Source: Paludibacteraceae bacterium (GTDB lineage Bacteria; Bacteroidota; Bacteroidia; Bacteroidales; Paludibacteraceae). From it: 64,000 nt of DNA. Position numbers and translations under genes: made by a program. The notes beneath the pieces are model-generated. The model saw only the letters and a program-made list of their open reading frames with translations, did not search any database and was not told the origin of the DNA. Within the stretch, counting starts at the first letter, position 1. Every line of letters starts with the position of its first letter. Shown here piece after piece: positions 45,426 through 53,754 of this stretch. Location of the stretch: NCBI GenBank assembly GCA_045532335.1, contig JAZSFR010000008.1, positions 128,643 through 192,642 on the forward strand. Direction: 5' to 3'.

Positions 45426-45457
45426 CAAAATTACTACATTTTTTTTAGTTGTGCAAA
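45426..45457 (-). promoter_or_regulatory. promoter of amylase / starch-binding protein operon
   Basis: On the minus strand: TTTGCACAACTAAAAAAAATGTAGTAATTTTG. Confidence 0.6.
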
Positions 45458-45474
45458 TAAAAATGCGAAAAGGC

Positions 45475-46188
45475 TTATTTTTGAGTGCATTTTTTTACGC
45501 AAACGGTTGCATTATGCACTACAAAATCAACAGCCCAATCCGCATAATCAAGATGATAAATGCGATTGGGGTCGTTTTGGTAAGCGGGACGGGGGTCCTG
45601 TGAGAGTATCTCATGCAGGATATCCCATGGACATCCCTGAGCAATGACATGTTGTTTGAGTGTCTCGTCCATCTCAACGGCTAAATGGTACTCCTTCGAA
45701 TCTTCGGCAAAACCGTTTAGTGCATCCGGATGACTGTCGGAAAAACTAAGATAAGGTTTAATATCGTAGATAGGTGTGCCATCTAGCAGGTCTGCACCGC
45801 TGACAACCAATACCAGTCCTTCTTGACTTTCTTCTACGCGCAGTAAGCGCACGCTGGTTAGTCCAATAGGATTGGGTCTAAATGGCGAACGCGTAGCAAA
45901 CACGCCCATACGCTTGTTCCCTCCCAAGCGTGGAGGACGCACAGTAGGAGACCAATCTCCATTGCCTTTCGCCTTTAACCTTTCACCTTCACCCCTCATT
46001 ATCTCGTGAAATCCCCATAGCAACCACAGGTAAGAATACTGCTCAATTCCTCTCAATGCCTCGCGTACACGATATGCGGGCGTAAATACAATACGAGTTT
46101 CGATGACTGAATCTTCGCGACTTTGACGAGGAATGCCGAATTTTTGCGAAAAACCATTGTGTGCGTGAGCGATAATGTGCAACTCCAT
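45475..46188 (-). CDS. trmO: tRNA (N6-threonylcarbamoyladenosine37-N6)-methyltransferase TrmO/TsaA family
   Basis: 237 aa. GFSQKFGIPRQS...WLLWGFH...VFATRSPFRPNPIGLT.VRL are characteristic of the YaeB/TsaA fold. Confidence 0.85.
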   Translation of the reverse strand: MELHIIAHAHNGFSQKFGIPRQSREDSVIETRIVFTPAYRVREALRGIEQYSYLWLLWGFHEIMRGEGERLKAKGNGDWSPTVRPPRLGGNKRMGVFATRSPFRPNPIGLTSVRLLRVEESQEGLVLVVSGADLLDGTPIYDIKPYLSFSDSHPDALNGFAEDSKEYHLAVEMDETLKQHVIAQGCPWDILHEILSQDPRPAYQNDPNRIYHLDYADWAVDFVVHNATVCVKKCTQK

Positions 46189-46220
46189 AGTATGATCTTA
46201 TTATAACCTCCTTAAATGCA

Positions 46221-46251
46221 GAAAAGACTTCAGAATCCCTGAAGTCTTTTC
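46221..46251 (-). terminator. hairpin after tRNA-Phe (terminator-like, weak U-tract)
   Basis: Perfect 13-bp stem GAAAAGACTTCAG / CTGAAGTCTTTTC with a 5-nt loop. Confidence 0.55.
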
Positions 46252-46255
46252 TGTG

Positions 46256-46328
46256 TGGTGCCACCAGGAATCGAACCGGGGACACAAGGATTTTCAGTCC
46301 TTTGCTCTACCAACTGAGCTATGGCACC
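46256..46328 (-). tRNA. tRNA-Phe (anticodon GAA)
   Basis: Reverse complement: GGTGCCA TA GCTC AGTTGGTA GAGC A AAGGA CTGAAAA TCCTT GTGTC CCCGG TTCGATT CCTGG TGGCACC A. By my reading there is one C-U mismatch in the T stem. CCA is not encoded. Confidence 0.88.
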
Positions 46329-46351
46329 ATTGATTATTACCAAATCGACTG

Positions 46352-46383
46352 CAAAGGTACTGCTTTTTTTTGAACTGACCAAA
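46352..46383 (-). promoter_or_regulatory. promoter of tRNA-Phe
   Basis: On the minus strand: TTTGGTCAGTTCAAAAAAAAGCAGTACCTTTG. Confidence 0.75.
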
Positions 46384-46435
46384 TGTTTTGGGATTTTTTT
46401 TCAAAAAAAAGCAGTTTTCGCTATCTTTTATGCTC

Positions 46436-47362
46436 TTAACTCAAGGATGCGAGGTATTTTTCAGCCTCCATAGCGGCTTTGCAACCACTAGCAGCAGCTA
46501 CAATGGCTTGGCGATAATATGGGTCGGCGCAGTCTCCTGCTGCAAACACGCCTGGCACATTGGTACATGGACTATGACCCTCTACTTTGATATATCCTTC
46601 GGCATCACGATCCAAGAATTCTGCAAAGAGATCTGTATTTGGTTTGTGACCGATAGCGAGGAAGAAACCATCAATAGCTATATGACGAATCTCTTCTTCT
46701 GGAGATCCTTTCTTATATACGAGATCTGCGCCCTCTACTTTCGCCTCGCCAGTGAGTTGGAGAGTATTGTGCTCAAAGAGTACCTCTATCTTAGGATTGT
46801 TAAGCACGCGTTGCTGCATAATATCTGATGCGCGGAGATAAGGCTTGCGCACAATCATATATACTTTCTCGCACAAACCTGAGAGGTAATTCGCCTCTTC
46901 ACAGGCGGTATCACCGCCACCCACAACGGCTACGGTTTTCTTACGATAGAAGAATCCATCGCATGTCGCACACGCGCTCACACCACGACCTTTATAATCT
47001 TCCTCAGATTGAATTCCTAAGAACTTAGCGCTAGCACCAGTAGCGATAATGACAGTGTCTGCCTCGTAAAGTTGAGTATCTTCTACCCACACTTTCTTTG
47101 GAGAGCATGAGAAATCTACTTTGGTCACCATCCCAGAAACGAATTCGGTACCAAAGCGCTCGGCTTGACGACGCATGTCATCCATCATTTGATAAGGTTC
47201 TACACCATCTGGATAACCAGGGAAGTTCTCTACTTCGGTTGTGATCATGAGTTGGCCACCTACTTGTAATCCTTCGATGAGAATAGGGTGGAGGTTAGCA
47301 CGCGAAGCGTATATAGCAGCGGTATATCCCGCAGGGCCAGAGCCGATAATAAGACAATTCAT
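46436..47362 (-). CDS. trxB: thioredoxin-disulfide reductase
   Basis: MNCLIIGSGPAGYTAAIYA FAD motif, redox CATCDG, GGGDTA NADPH motif. ATG 47362 is chosen because the -7 box at 47397-47404 lies inside the longer track ORF. Confidence 0.95.
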   Translation of the reverse strand: MNCLIIGSGPAGYTAAIYASRANLHPILIEGLQVGGQLMITTEVENFPGYPDGVEPYQMMDDMRRQAERFGTEFVSGMVTKVDFSCSPKKVWVEDTQLYEADTVIIATGASAKFLGIQSEEDYKGRGVSACATCDGFFYRKKTVAVVGGGDTACEEANYLSGLCEKVYMIVRKPYLRASDIMQQRVLNNPKIEVLFEHNTLQLTGEAKVEGADLVYKKGSPEEEIRHIAIDGFFLAIGHKPNTDLFAEFLDRDAEGYIKVEGHSPCTNVPGVFAAGDCADPYYRQAIVAAASGCKAAMEAEKYLASLS

Positions 47363-47396
47363 ATCGCTAATATGTGGTTTATGTTGAAATTTTTGG

Positions 47397-47428
47397 CAAA
47401 GGTAGTGAAAAAAATGCAATCGTGCAAA
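47397..47428 (-). promoter_or_regulatory. promoter of trxB
   Basis: On the minus strand: TTTGCACGATTGCATTTTTTTCACTACCTTTG. Confidence 0.65.
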
Positions 47429-47433
47429 TATTT

Positions 47434-47465
47434 TTTGTGTGTTTGAGAAAAAAGTAGTACTTTTG
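47434..47465 (+). promoter_or_regulatory. promoter of beta-barrel protein gene
   Basis: TTTGTGTGTTTGAGAAAAAAGTAGTACTTTTG. It is divergent from the trxB promoter. Confidence 0.6.
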
Positions 47466-47495
47466 CAACAAATTTGAAAAAGAAATCCAAGAGAA

Positions 47496-48146
47496 ATGAA
47501 TCGACAATTACAATATATCATCTTGCTATTATGTCTGTTGCTGACTAACTCTATGTATGCTGGCGAGTCGCAATCCAAAGTATATCAGGGTTTTAGTGGT
47601 GGTATGATGGGACATGCTAGTTATTTGTTTGGAGTGAATAATGATGCTCCTAAGACACCTGAGGGCGTATTATGCTCGCCTCAAGGTGGGTCTTTTGGTT
47701 TAGGTGGCGCATTGCGTGTGCATCTATGGAAACATTTGCGCGTGGGTGGCGAAGGTTTTGTGTCAACGATGAATATTGGAACAACCGATATGAAGCATAT
47801 ACTACAGGATGGTAGTTATATCCGAACAGGATGGGGTGGATTAGTGGTAGATGCTTGCTGGAGAAAAGAGAAAGTGTGGCCCTATATCGGTGGGTCTATT
47901 GGTGGTGGCGCGATGCGTTCGTTGTATGTGCTGGAGGGCAGCCAAGATGATTGGATAGCTGAGGATGCTGCGTGGTTACATAAAACCTCATTTTTCTACA
48001 TTAGTCCATATGTGGGTATCGATTGGTGTATGACGCAAAAGGTGCATATGACTTTTCGTGTAGATTGGCTATTGGCCTTGAGTAAAGGGGATTTAGTGAT
48101 GCCAACTGGTCCTAGATTATTGGTTGGTTTTATGTTTTGTCATTAA
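47496..48146 (+). CDS. putative outer-membrane beta-barrel protein
   Basis: 216 aa. Signal peptide MNRQLQYIILLLCLLLTNSMYAG, Gly/aromatic-rich alternating strands, aromatic-rich C-terminal end. It has its own consensus promoter at 47434-47465. Confidence 0.55.
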   Translation: MNRQLQYIILLLCLLLTNSMYAGESQSKVYQGFSGGMMGHASYLFGVNNDAPKTPEGVLCSPQGGSFGLGGALRVHLWKHLRVGGEGFVSTMNIGTTDMKHILQDGSYIRTGWGGLVVDACWRKEKVWPYIGGSIGGGAMRSLYVLEGSQDDWIAEDAAWLHKTSFFYISPYVGIDWCMTQKVHMTFRVDWLLALSKGDLVMPTGPRLLVGFMFCH

Positions 48147-48160
48147 AAAATACTGCAAAA

Positions 48161-48192
48161 TTTGTGTATTCCAGAAAAAAGCAGTAATTTTG
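48161..48192 (+). promoter_or_regulatory. promoter of metK-lspA operon
   Basis: TTTGTGTATTCCAGAAAAAAGCAGTAATTTTG. Confidence 0.65.
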
Positions 48193-48307
48193 CAGCCCAA
48201 AATTAAGAGAGGATAAATTTGACTGCTTGCGACCTCTATAAAAGAATGCTAAAAACTTGTACCACAAGCTTCAAACAGTCGGCTTGTGGATTTTTTATCT
48301 AAACAAA
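48193..48307 (+). promoter_or_regulatory. metK 5' leader with terminator/antiterminator alternative (candidate SAM-responsive riboswitch or attenuator)
   Basis: The leader is about 110 nt between the promoter (48161-48192) and ATG 48308. The terminator is CCACAAGC (48262-48269) / GCTTGTGG (48282-48289) plus T6. A competing hairpin CTTGT (48256-48260) / ACAAG (48264-48268) uses the terminator's 5' arm. The upstream part holds AGAGG (48208-48212) / CCTCT (48233-48237) and GCUAAAAA. Confidence 0.5.
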
Positions 48308-49552
48308 ATGAATTATTTATTTACATCAGAGAGTGTCAGCGAAGGACACCCAGACAAAGTGGCGGATCAAATCAGTGACGCCATTCTAGATCAGTTTTTG
48401 GCACTTGATGCCAATTCACACGTAGCATGCGAGACTATGGTTACCACGGGACAAGTGATTGTGGCAGGCGAAGTTTCGAGCGAGAAATATGTGGATATCC
48501 AAGGTACAGTACGCAAGACTATTGCGGAAATAGGTTATACCAAATCTGCCTATAAGTTTGAGGCAGAGAGCTGCGGTATTCTAACTGCATTGCACGAGCA
48601 GAGTGCCGATATTGCCCGCGGTGTAGATGGCCAGGGTACCGAAAATGTCGGCGAGCAAGGTGCTGGCGACCAAGGTATGATGTTCGGCTATGCTACTGAT
48701 GAGACAGAGAACTATATGCCATTGACGCTTGACCTAGCACACACCTTAGTATATACGCTTGCGCGCGTACGTAAGGAAGGTAAAGAGATGCTTTATCTTC
48801 GTCCAGACTCTAAGAGTCAAGTGACCATAGAGTATAGCGAACAAGGCGAACCACTTCGTATTGATACCATTGTGGTTTCTACTCAACATGACGAGGATGC
48901 TACTCAAGAGCAGATCAAGGAAGATGTGCGACGTGTGTTGTTGCCACGCGTAGCGAAACGCGATGCTCGCTATGAGGAACTTTTGAAGGGGGACTTCAAG
49001 TTGTTGGTTAACCCAACTGGTAACTTTGTGATTGGTGGTCCTCATGGCGATACAGGTTTGACTGGCCGCAAGATCATTGTAGATACTTATGGCGGTCGTG
49101 GTGCACATGGTGGTGGTGCTTTCTCTGGTAAAGATCCTTCTAAGGTGGATCGTTCTGCGGCATATGCTGCGCGTTGGATTGCTAAAAACATGGTTGCAGC
49201 AGGTGTGGCTAAGGAAATGTTGGTGCAAATTAGTTATGCCATCGGTGTGGCTAAACCAGTGAGTGTCTGCGTGAATACCTATGGTACAGCTAAGGTGTCC
49301 ATGTCTGATGGAGAGATAGCACAAGTGGTAAACGAGATGTTTGATCTTCGTCCACAAGGTATCATTGAGGCCTTGAAACTCAAACAACCTATGTACGAGG
49401 AGACTGCTCGCTATGGACATATGGGACGCACCAATGAAGTGGTGAAAAAAGTCTTCGTGGACAATGGACAAGCCTTTGAGCGCGAGGTGGAACTCTTTAC
49501 TTGGGAAAAACTTGATCGCATAGAGGATATTAAAAAAGCTTTCAGCTTATGA
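48308..49552 (+). CDS. metK: methionine adenosyltransferase (SAM synthetase)
   Basis: [40 protein letters not shown] motifs. ATG 48308 lies 12 nt after the leader terminator. Confidence 0.97.
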   Translation: MNYLFTSESVSEGHPDKVADQISDAILDQFLALDANSHVACETMVTTGQVIVAGEVSSEKYVDIQGTVRKTIAEIGYTKSAYKFEAESCGILTALHEQSADIARGVDGQGTENVGEQGAGDQGMMFGYATDETENYMPLTLDLAHTLVYTLARVRKEGKEMLYLRPDSKSQVTIEYSEQGEPLRIDTIVVSTQHDEDATQEQIKEDVRRVLLPRVAKRDARYEELLKGDFKLLVNPTGNFVIGGPHGDTGLTGRKIIVDTYGGRGAHGGGAFSGKDPSKVDRSAAYAARWIAKNMVAAGVAKEMLVQISYAIGVAKPVSVCVNTYGTAKVSMSDGEIAQVVNEMFDLRPQGIIEALKLKQPMYEETARYGHMGRTNEVVKKVFVDNGQAFEREVELFTWEKLDRIEDIKKAFSL

Positions 49553-50109
49553 GCATAAAAAAACAAACTTGGCTTGTATCTGCCATTGTGCTGTTGGCAT
49601 TGCTGGTAGATCAGGTGTCTAAGGTTTATGTCAAGACGCATTTCGAATTGGGTGAGGCGCGCGAGGTGTTTTCCTGGTTTTGGATTGCGTTTGTTGAGAA
49701 CAATGGCATGGCTTTTGGTATAGAGTGGTTTAGCAAACTGCTATTGACCCTGTTTCGCATTGTAGCAGTGGGAGTTATCGGTTGGTATGTCCATCTGATG
49801 ATCAACAAGCAGCAAGTGCGCACAGGTTATCTCGCCACTATTGCTATGGTAATGGCAGGTGCTTTGGGCAATATCATTGACTGCGTGTTCTATGGCAAGA
49901 TCTGGGGCTATGCGGGCTGGTTTCATGGTCGTGTGGTGGATATGCTCTACTTCCCATTGATACGCAATGCGGCAGGCGAGTGCGTGTTTTTCCGTCCTGT
50001 GTTTAATATCGCTGACTCGTTCATTACGGTGGCAGTGTTCCTGATTATCCTCTTCTACCGCAAGGACTTAGATGAAAGTTTAAATCAGATTTTTCCAAAG
50101 AAGAAGTGA
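49549..50109 (+). CDS. lspA: lipoprotein signal peptidase (signal peptidase II)
   Basis: 186 aa with 4 TM helices and the motifs NNGMAFG and FNIADS. The start overlaps the metK stop (ATGA). Confidence 0.9.
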   Translation: MSIKKQTWLVSAIVLLALLVDQVSKVYVKTHFELGEAREVFSWFWIAFVENNGMAFGIEWFSKLLLTLFRIVAVGVIGWYVHLMINKQQVRTGYLATIAMVMAGALGNIIDCVFYGKIWGYAGWFHGRVVDMLYFPLIRNAAGECVFFRPVFNIADSFITVAVFLIILFYRKDLDESLNQIFPKKK

Positions 50110-50621
50110 GAAAGCAACTAATCATACTGTGTGTCCTCTTGGCGGTTGTAGGATGCCGTCCTCGGGGTGTGTTGTCTAACCGTGAGATGCGTAATGTGCT
50201 ATATGATCTGCATCGTGCAGATGGCGCATTGCAGGTGGCAGGCTACCACTATTCCCACGACCAAGAGGTGGCAGCTTATTATAAGAATGTGTTGGATAAA
50301 CATGGAATAACCCAAGCACAGTTTGATTCTTCTTTGGTGTGGTACACGGATAATCCGCAGATTTTCAACAAGATTTATCCTAAGGTTATGGAACGCCTTG
50401 AGGCGGATTATGACCGCGAGAAACAACTCCGTGAGGCCAAAAGAGATAAGCGCCTGGCGCAAAATAAGCAGAAGAAACTAGATCTTAAGGTGGCAAAACA
50501 ACAAATCCGCGAGAAATTAGATCTGTGCCAAAAAGGCTATAAAAATCCATGGAAAGAGTGGCAAGTGGAAGAATTTTGCGAAAAAAATGTCGTAATATTT
50601 GGTCAATTGGAAAAAAAGTAG
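50106..50621 (+). CDS. DUF4296-like lipoprotein
   Basis: 171 aa. Lipobox LLAVVGC, helical, commonly downstream of lspA in Bacteroidota. GTGA overlap with the lspA stop. Confidence 0.6.
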   Translation: MRKQLIILCVLLAVVGCRPRGVLSNREMRNVLYDLHRADGALQVAGYHYSHDQEVAAYYKNVLDKHGITQAQFDSSLVWYTDNPQIFNKIYPKVMERLEADYDREKQLREAKRDKRLAQNKQKKLDLKVAKQQIREKLDLCQKGYKNPWKEWQVEEFCEKNVVIFGQLEKK

Positions 50622-50629
50622 TACCTTTG
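50598..50629 (+). promoter_or_regulatory. promoter of rplM-rpsI
   Basis: TTTGGTCAATTGGAAAAAAAGTAGTACCTTTG. The -33 box lies inside the 3' end of the DUF4296-like ORF. Confidence 0.7.
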
Positions 50630-50786
50630 CACGCTTTTTCGGGCGATTTGGTTTTCAACCTTTGAAACCCCTGAAACTTTTGAAACTTTAAAAACAATTT
50701 TTACATATTAATTCGCCATGTTGGGCAGTGGGGCTCTCGGAGCACGTAAAGTTGTCTGTCGACATGGTCAAAACATTAAAAAACAA

Positions 50787-51245
50787 ATGGATACATTAAG
50801 TTACAAGACTGTATCAGCAAACAAAGCAACTGCTCAAAAAGAGTGGGTTGTTGTTGATGCTGAGGGCCAAGTACTTGGCCGTATGTGCTCGAAGGTAGCT
50901 AAGCTCCTCCGTGGCAAGTACAAACCTAACTTCACACCAAACGTGGATTGTGGAGACAATGTGATTATCATCAACGCTGCTAAGGTAGAGTTGACTGGCA
51001 ACAAATGGAGTGAGCGCGTTTATGTTCGCTACACTGGCTACCCAGGTGGTCAACGCGAGATGACTCCAGCAGAGATGTTGGCTAAGAAAGGTGCTGACGT
51101 TCTTGTTAAGAAAGTGGTTAAGGGTATGCTTCCTAAAAACCGTCTTGGCAACAAGATCATCGCTAACCTCCACGTGTTTGCAGGTGCAGAGCACAACATG
51201 CAAGCTCAACAACCAAAACAAATTGACATCAACACACTTAAATAA
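50787..51245 (+). CDS. rplM: 50S ribosomal protein L13
   Basis: MDTLSYKTVSANKATAQKEWVVVDAEGQVLGR... is a typical uL13 N-terminus. The longer track ORF is read-through of the 5' leader. Confidence 0.95.
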   Translation: MDTLSYKTVSANKATAQKEWVVVDAEGQVLGRMCSKVAKLLRGKYKPNFTPNVDCGDNVIIINAAKVELTGNKWSERVYVRYTGYPGGQREMTPAEMLAKKGADVLVKKVVKGMLPKNRLGNKIIANLHVFAGAEHNMQAQQPKQIDINTLK

Positions 51246-51256
51246 TTATTGAAGAT

Positions 51257-51643
51257 ATGGAAATGATTAATGCATTAGGTCGTCGTAAAGCAGCAGTTGC
51301 TCGCGTTTATGTACAAGAGGGTACCGGCAAGATCACAATCAACGGTCGTGATTTGGATGTGTACTTCCCAAGTCCAATTCTTCAATATGTTGTTAAGCAA
51401 CCTCTTAACAAACTTGAAGTGGCTGAGAAATATGATATCAAAGTAAACCTCGATGGTGGTGGCTACAAAGGTCAAGCAGAGGCTTTGCGTCTTGCAATCG
51501 CTCGCGCTTTGGTGAAGATCAACCCAGAGGATAAACCAGCGTTGAAGGCTGAGGGCTTCATGACTCGCGATGCTCGTGAGGTAGAGCGTAAGAAACCAGG
51601 TCAACCAAAAGCACGCAAACACTTCCAATTTAGTAAGCGTTAA
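51257..51643 (+). CDS. rpsI: 30S ribosomal protein S9
   Basis: 128 aa. GRRK.A.ARV...G.I.ING, ending ...RKHFQFSKR. Confidence 0.95.
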   Translation: MEMINALGRRKAAVARVYVQEGTGKITINGRDLDVYFPSPILQYVVKQPLNKLEVAEKYDIKVNLDGGGYKGQAEALRLAIARALVKINPEDKPALKAEGFMTRDAREVERKKPGQPKARKHFQFSKR

Positions 51644-51782
51644 TATCCAAATAGCAGTGACTCCGTGGTGGCAATTATTTGCTCGCCACGGATTACTCTG
51701 TTATTCCACGCGTACGCGCTTCTCTGCGTAAGGGTGGCAGATGGATAAATTATCATTAAATAATTCAAACTAATCAAACAAA

Positions 51783-52619
51783 ATGAGAACAAATTTTGAT
51801 CAACTTCTCGAGGCTGGCTGCCACTTTGGCCACCTCAAACGTAAATGGAACCCAGCTATGGCTCCTTACATCTACATGGAGCGCAACGGTATCCACATCA
51901 TCGACCTCAACAAGACCGTAGTTAAAATTGACGAGGCTGCTGAGGCATTGAAAGCTATCGCTAAATCTGGTCGCAAGATCCTCTTCGTTTCTACCAAGAA
52001 ACAAGGTCAAGAGGTAGTAGCTCAAAAGGCTCAAGAGATCAACATGCCTTACATCACCGAGCGTTGGGCTGGTGGTATGTTGACTAACTTCCCTACTATC
52101 CGTAAGGCAGTTAAGAAAATGTCAACCATTGACAAAATGATGACCGATGGTACTTTCAACAACATCTCTAAACGCGAGAAACTCCAAATCACTCGTCAAC
52201 GCGAGAAACTTGAGAAGAACCTCGGTTCTATCGCTGACCTCACCCGTCTTCCTAGCGCAGTATTCGTAGTAGACGTAATGAAAGAGCATATCGCTGTTGC
52301 TGAGGCTAACCGCTTGGGTATTCCAGTGTTCGGTATTGTTGATACCAACTCTAACCCTAACAACATCGATTTCGTAATCCCAGCTAACGATGACGCTACC
52401 AAGTCTATCGAGGTTATCCTTTCTGCTGTATGCGCAGCTATCCAAGAGGGTCTCGAGGAGCGCAAGGTAGAGAAAGCTGACGAAGAGGCAGCTGCAGCAC
52501 AAACTGCAACTGAGGCTCCAGCTCCAAAAGAGCGCCGTCAACGCGTTCGCAAAGCTGCTCCTAAAGCAGAGGCTGAGAAAGTAGCAACTGTTGAGGCTCC
52601 AGCTGAGGCAGCTGAATAA
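51783..52619 (+). CDS. rpsB: 30S ribosomal protein S2
   Basis: LLEAGCHFGH...RWAGGMLTN...IPVFGIVDTN motifs, with an Ala/Glu/Lys-rich C-terminal tail. Confidence 0.97.
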   Translation: MRTNFDQLLEAGCHFGHLKRKWNPAMAPYIYMERNGIHIIDLNKTVVKIDEAAEALKAIAKSGRKILFVSTKKQGQEVVAQKAQEINMPYITERWAGGMLTNFPTIRKAVKKMSTIDKMMTDGTFNNISKREKLQITRQREKLEKNLGSIADLTRLPSAVFVVDVMKEHIAVAEANRLGIPVFGIVDTNSNPNNIDFVIPANDDATKSIEVILSAVCAAIQEGLEERKVEKADEEAAAAQTATEAPAPKERRQRVRKAAPKAEAEKVATVEAPAEAAE

Positions 52620-52654
52620 TTCAAAATTCTTAATTCTTAATTAACATTACGACA

Positions 52655-53644
52655 ATGGCTGTTACATTAGCAGATATCAAAAAGTTGCGCGACATCACTG
52701 GCGCAGGTATGATGGACGTAAAGAAAGCTCTCGAGGAGGCTAATGGCGACTTCGAGGTAGCTAAGGACTTACTCCGTAAGCGCGGTCAAGCTATCGCTGC
52801 AAAGCGTAGCGAACGCGAGGCTTCTGAAGGTTGCGTTTTGGCTAAAGCTGAGAATGGTTTTGGTGCAATCGTAGGCGTTAAGTGCGAGACTGACTTCGTT
52901 GCTAAGAACGAAGATTACGTAAATATGGTTAAGGCTATCCTCGAGGTGGCTATGACCGAGAAACCAGCTGACCTTGAGGCTCTTAAGGCTTGCAAATTGG
53001 GTGATTTCACTGTTGCTGACGCTGTAACCGAGCGCTCTGGTGTTACTGGTGAGAAGATGGAACTCAGCGACTACGCTTTCCTCGTAGCTCCTAAGGTAGA
53101 TGCTTACAACCACCTTGGCAACAAGCTCAGCGCACTCGTTGCTGCTGACGCTGAGGATGCTAACGCAGAGATCCTCCACGGTATTTCTATGCAAGTAGCT
53201 TCTATGGCTCCTATCGCTCTTGATGCTGATCACGTAGCACAAGAGGTTAAAGATCGTGAGCTTTCTGTAGCTATCGAGAAAACCAAACAAGACGAGATCA
53301 ACAAAGCTGTTGAGCAAGCTGTTCGCAAAGCAGGTATCAATCCAGCTCACGTGGATAGCGATGACCACATTGAGTCTAACACTGCTAAAGGTTGGTTGAC
53401 CCCTGAGCAAGCTGAGACTGCACGCCAAATCCGTGCTACTGTTCCTGCTGAGGCTGAGGCTAACATCAACATGAAGAAAGTGGAGATGATTGCACAAGGT
53501 CGTCTTGGCAAGTTCCTCAAAGAGAGCACATTGGTAGAGCAACAATACATCATGAGCGAGAGCAAAGAGCTCGTGAAGGATGTTTTGAAGAAGAACAACG
53601 TTAACGTAATCGACTTCAAGCGCGTAACCCTCAACCAAGAGTAA
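52655..53644 (+). CDS. tsf: translation elongation factor Ts
   Basis: IKKLRDITGAGMMDVKKALEEANGDFE is the UBA-like N-domain. Position after rpsB. Confidence 0.97.
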   Translation: MAVTLADIKKLRDITGAGMMDVKKALEEANGDFEVAKDLLRKRGQAIAAKRSEREASEGCVLAKAENGFGAIVGVKCETDFVAKNEDYVNMVKAILEVAMTEKPADLEALKACKLGDFTVADAVTERSGVTGEKMELSDYAFLVAPKVDAYNHLGNKLSALVAADAEDANAEILHGISMQVASMAPIALDADHVAQEVKDRELSVAIEKTKQDEINKAVEQAVRKAGINPAHVDSDDHIESNTAKGWLTPEQAETARQIRATVPAEAEANINMKKVEMIAQGRLGKFLKESTLVEQQYIMSESKELVKDVLKKNNVNVIDFKRVTLNQE

Positions 53645-53656
53645 TAAAACTGATAA

Positions 53657-53690
53657 AACAGCCCTCCGCGCAAACGGGGGGCTGTTTTCT
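53657..53690 (+). terminator. intrinsic terminator after tsf
   Basis: ACAGCCCTCCG / CGGGGGGCTGT (one mismatch) followed by TTTT. Confidence 0.75.
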
Positions 53691-53754
53691 ATTTAATTGA
53701 TCCCAGATTAACGGACTCTCGATTCCCGACTCCCGAATCTAAAAATATAATACT

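Noticed and set aside
45405-45647. Small plus-strand ORFs (45405-45647 and 45412-45603) between the amylase gene and trmO, and ORF 46388-46828.
   Set aside because: They overlap the amylase promoter region or are antisense to trmO or trxB. They have no motifs and are low-complexity.
46189-46220. A Shine-Dalgarno-like AAGGAGG upstream of trmO (minus strand).
   Set aside because: It lies about 22 nt from the ATG, which is too far. This genome shows no general SD usage, so it is probably coincidental.
46436-47578. N-terminally extended versions of several track ORFs: trxB to 47578, ansA to 32827, GT4 to 39155, rplM from 50718, metK from 48257, panB from 22056, thiL from 9634, batC from 18791, the FISUMP gene from 60137, and CHAT from 1756.
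   Set aside because: The extensions run through consensus -33/-7 promoter boxes, leaders or the preceding gene. In every case the conserved protein N-terminus begins at an internal ATG.
48193-48260. Assigning the metK leader specifically to the SAM-II class.
   Set aside because: Some SAM-II-like strings are present (GCUUG, AAAG, GCUAAAAA). I could not build the required H-type pseudoknot pairing by eye, so only a generic candidate riboswitch/attenuator is reported.
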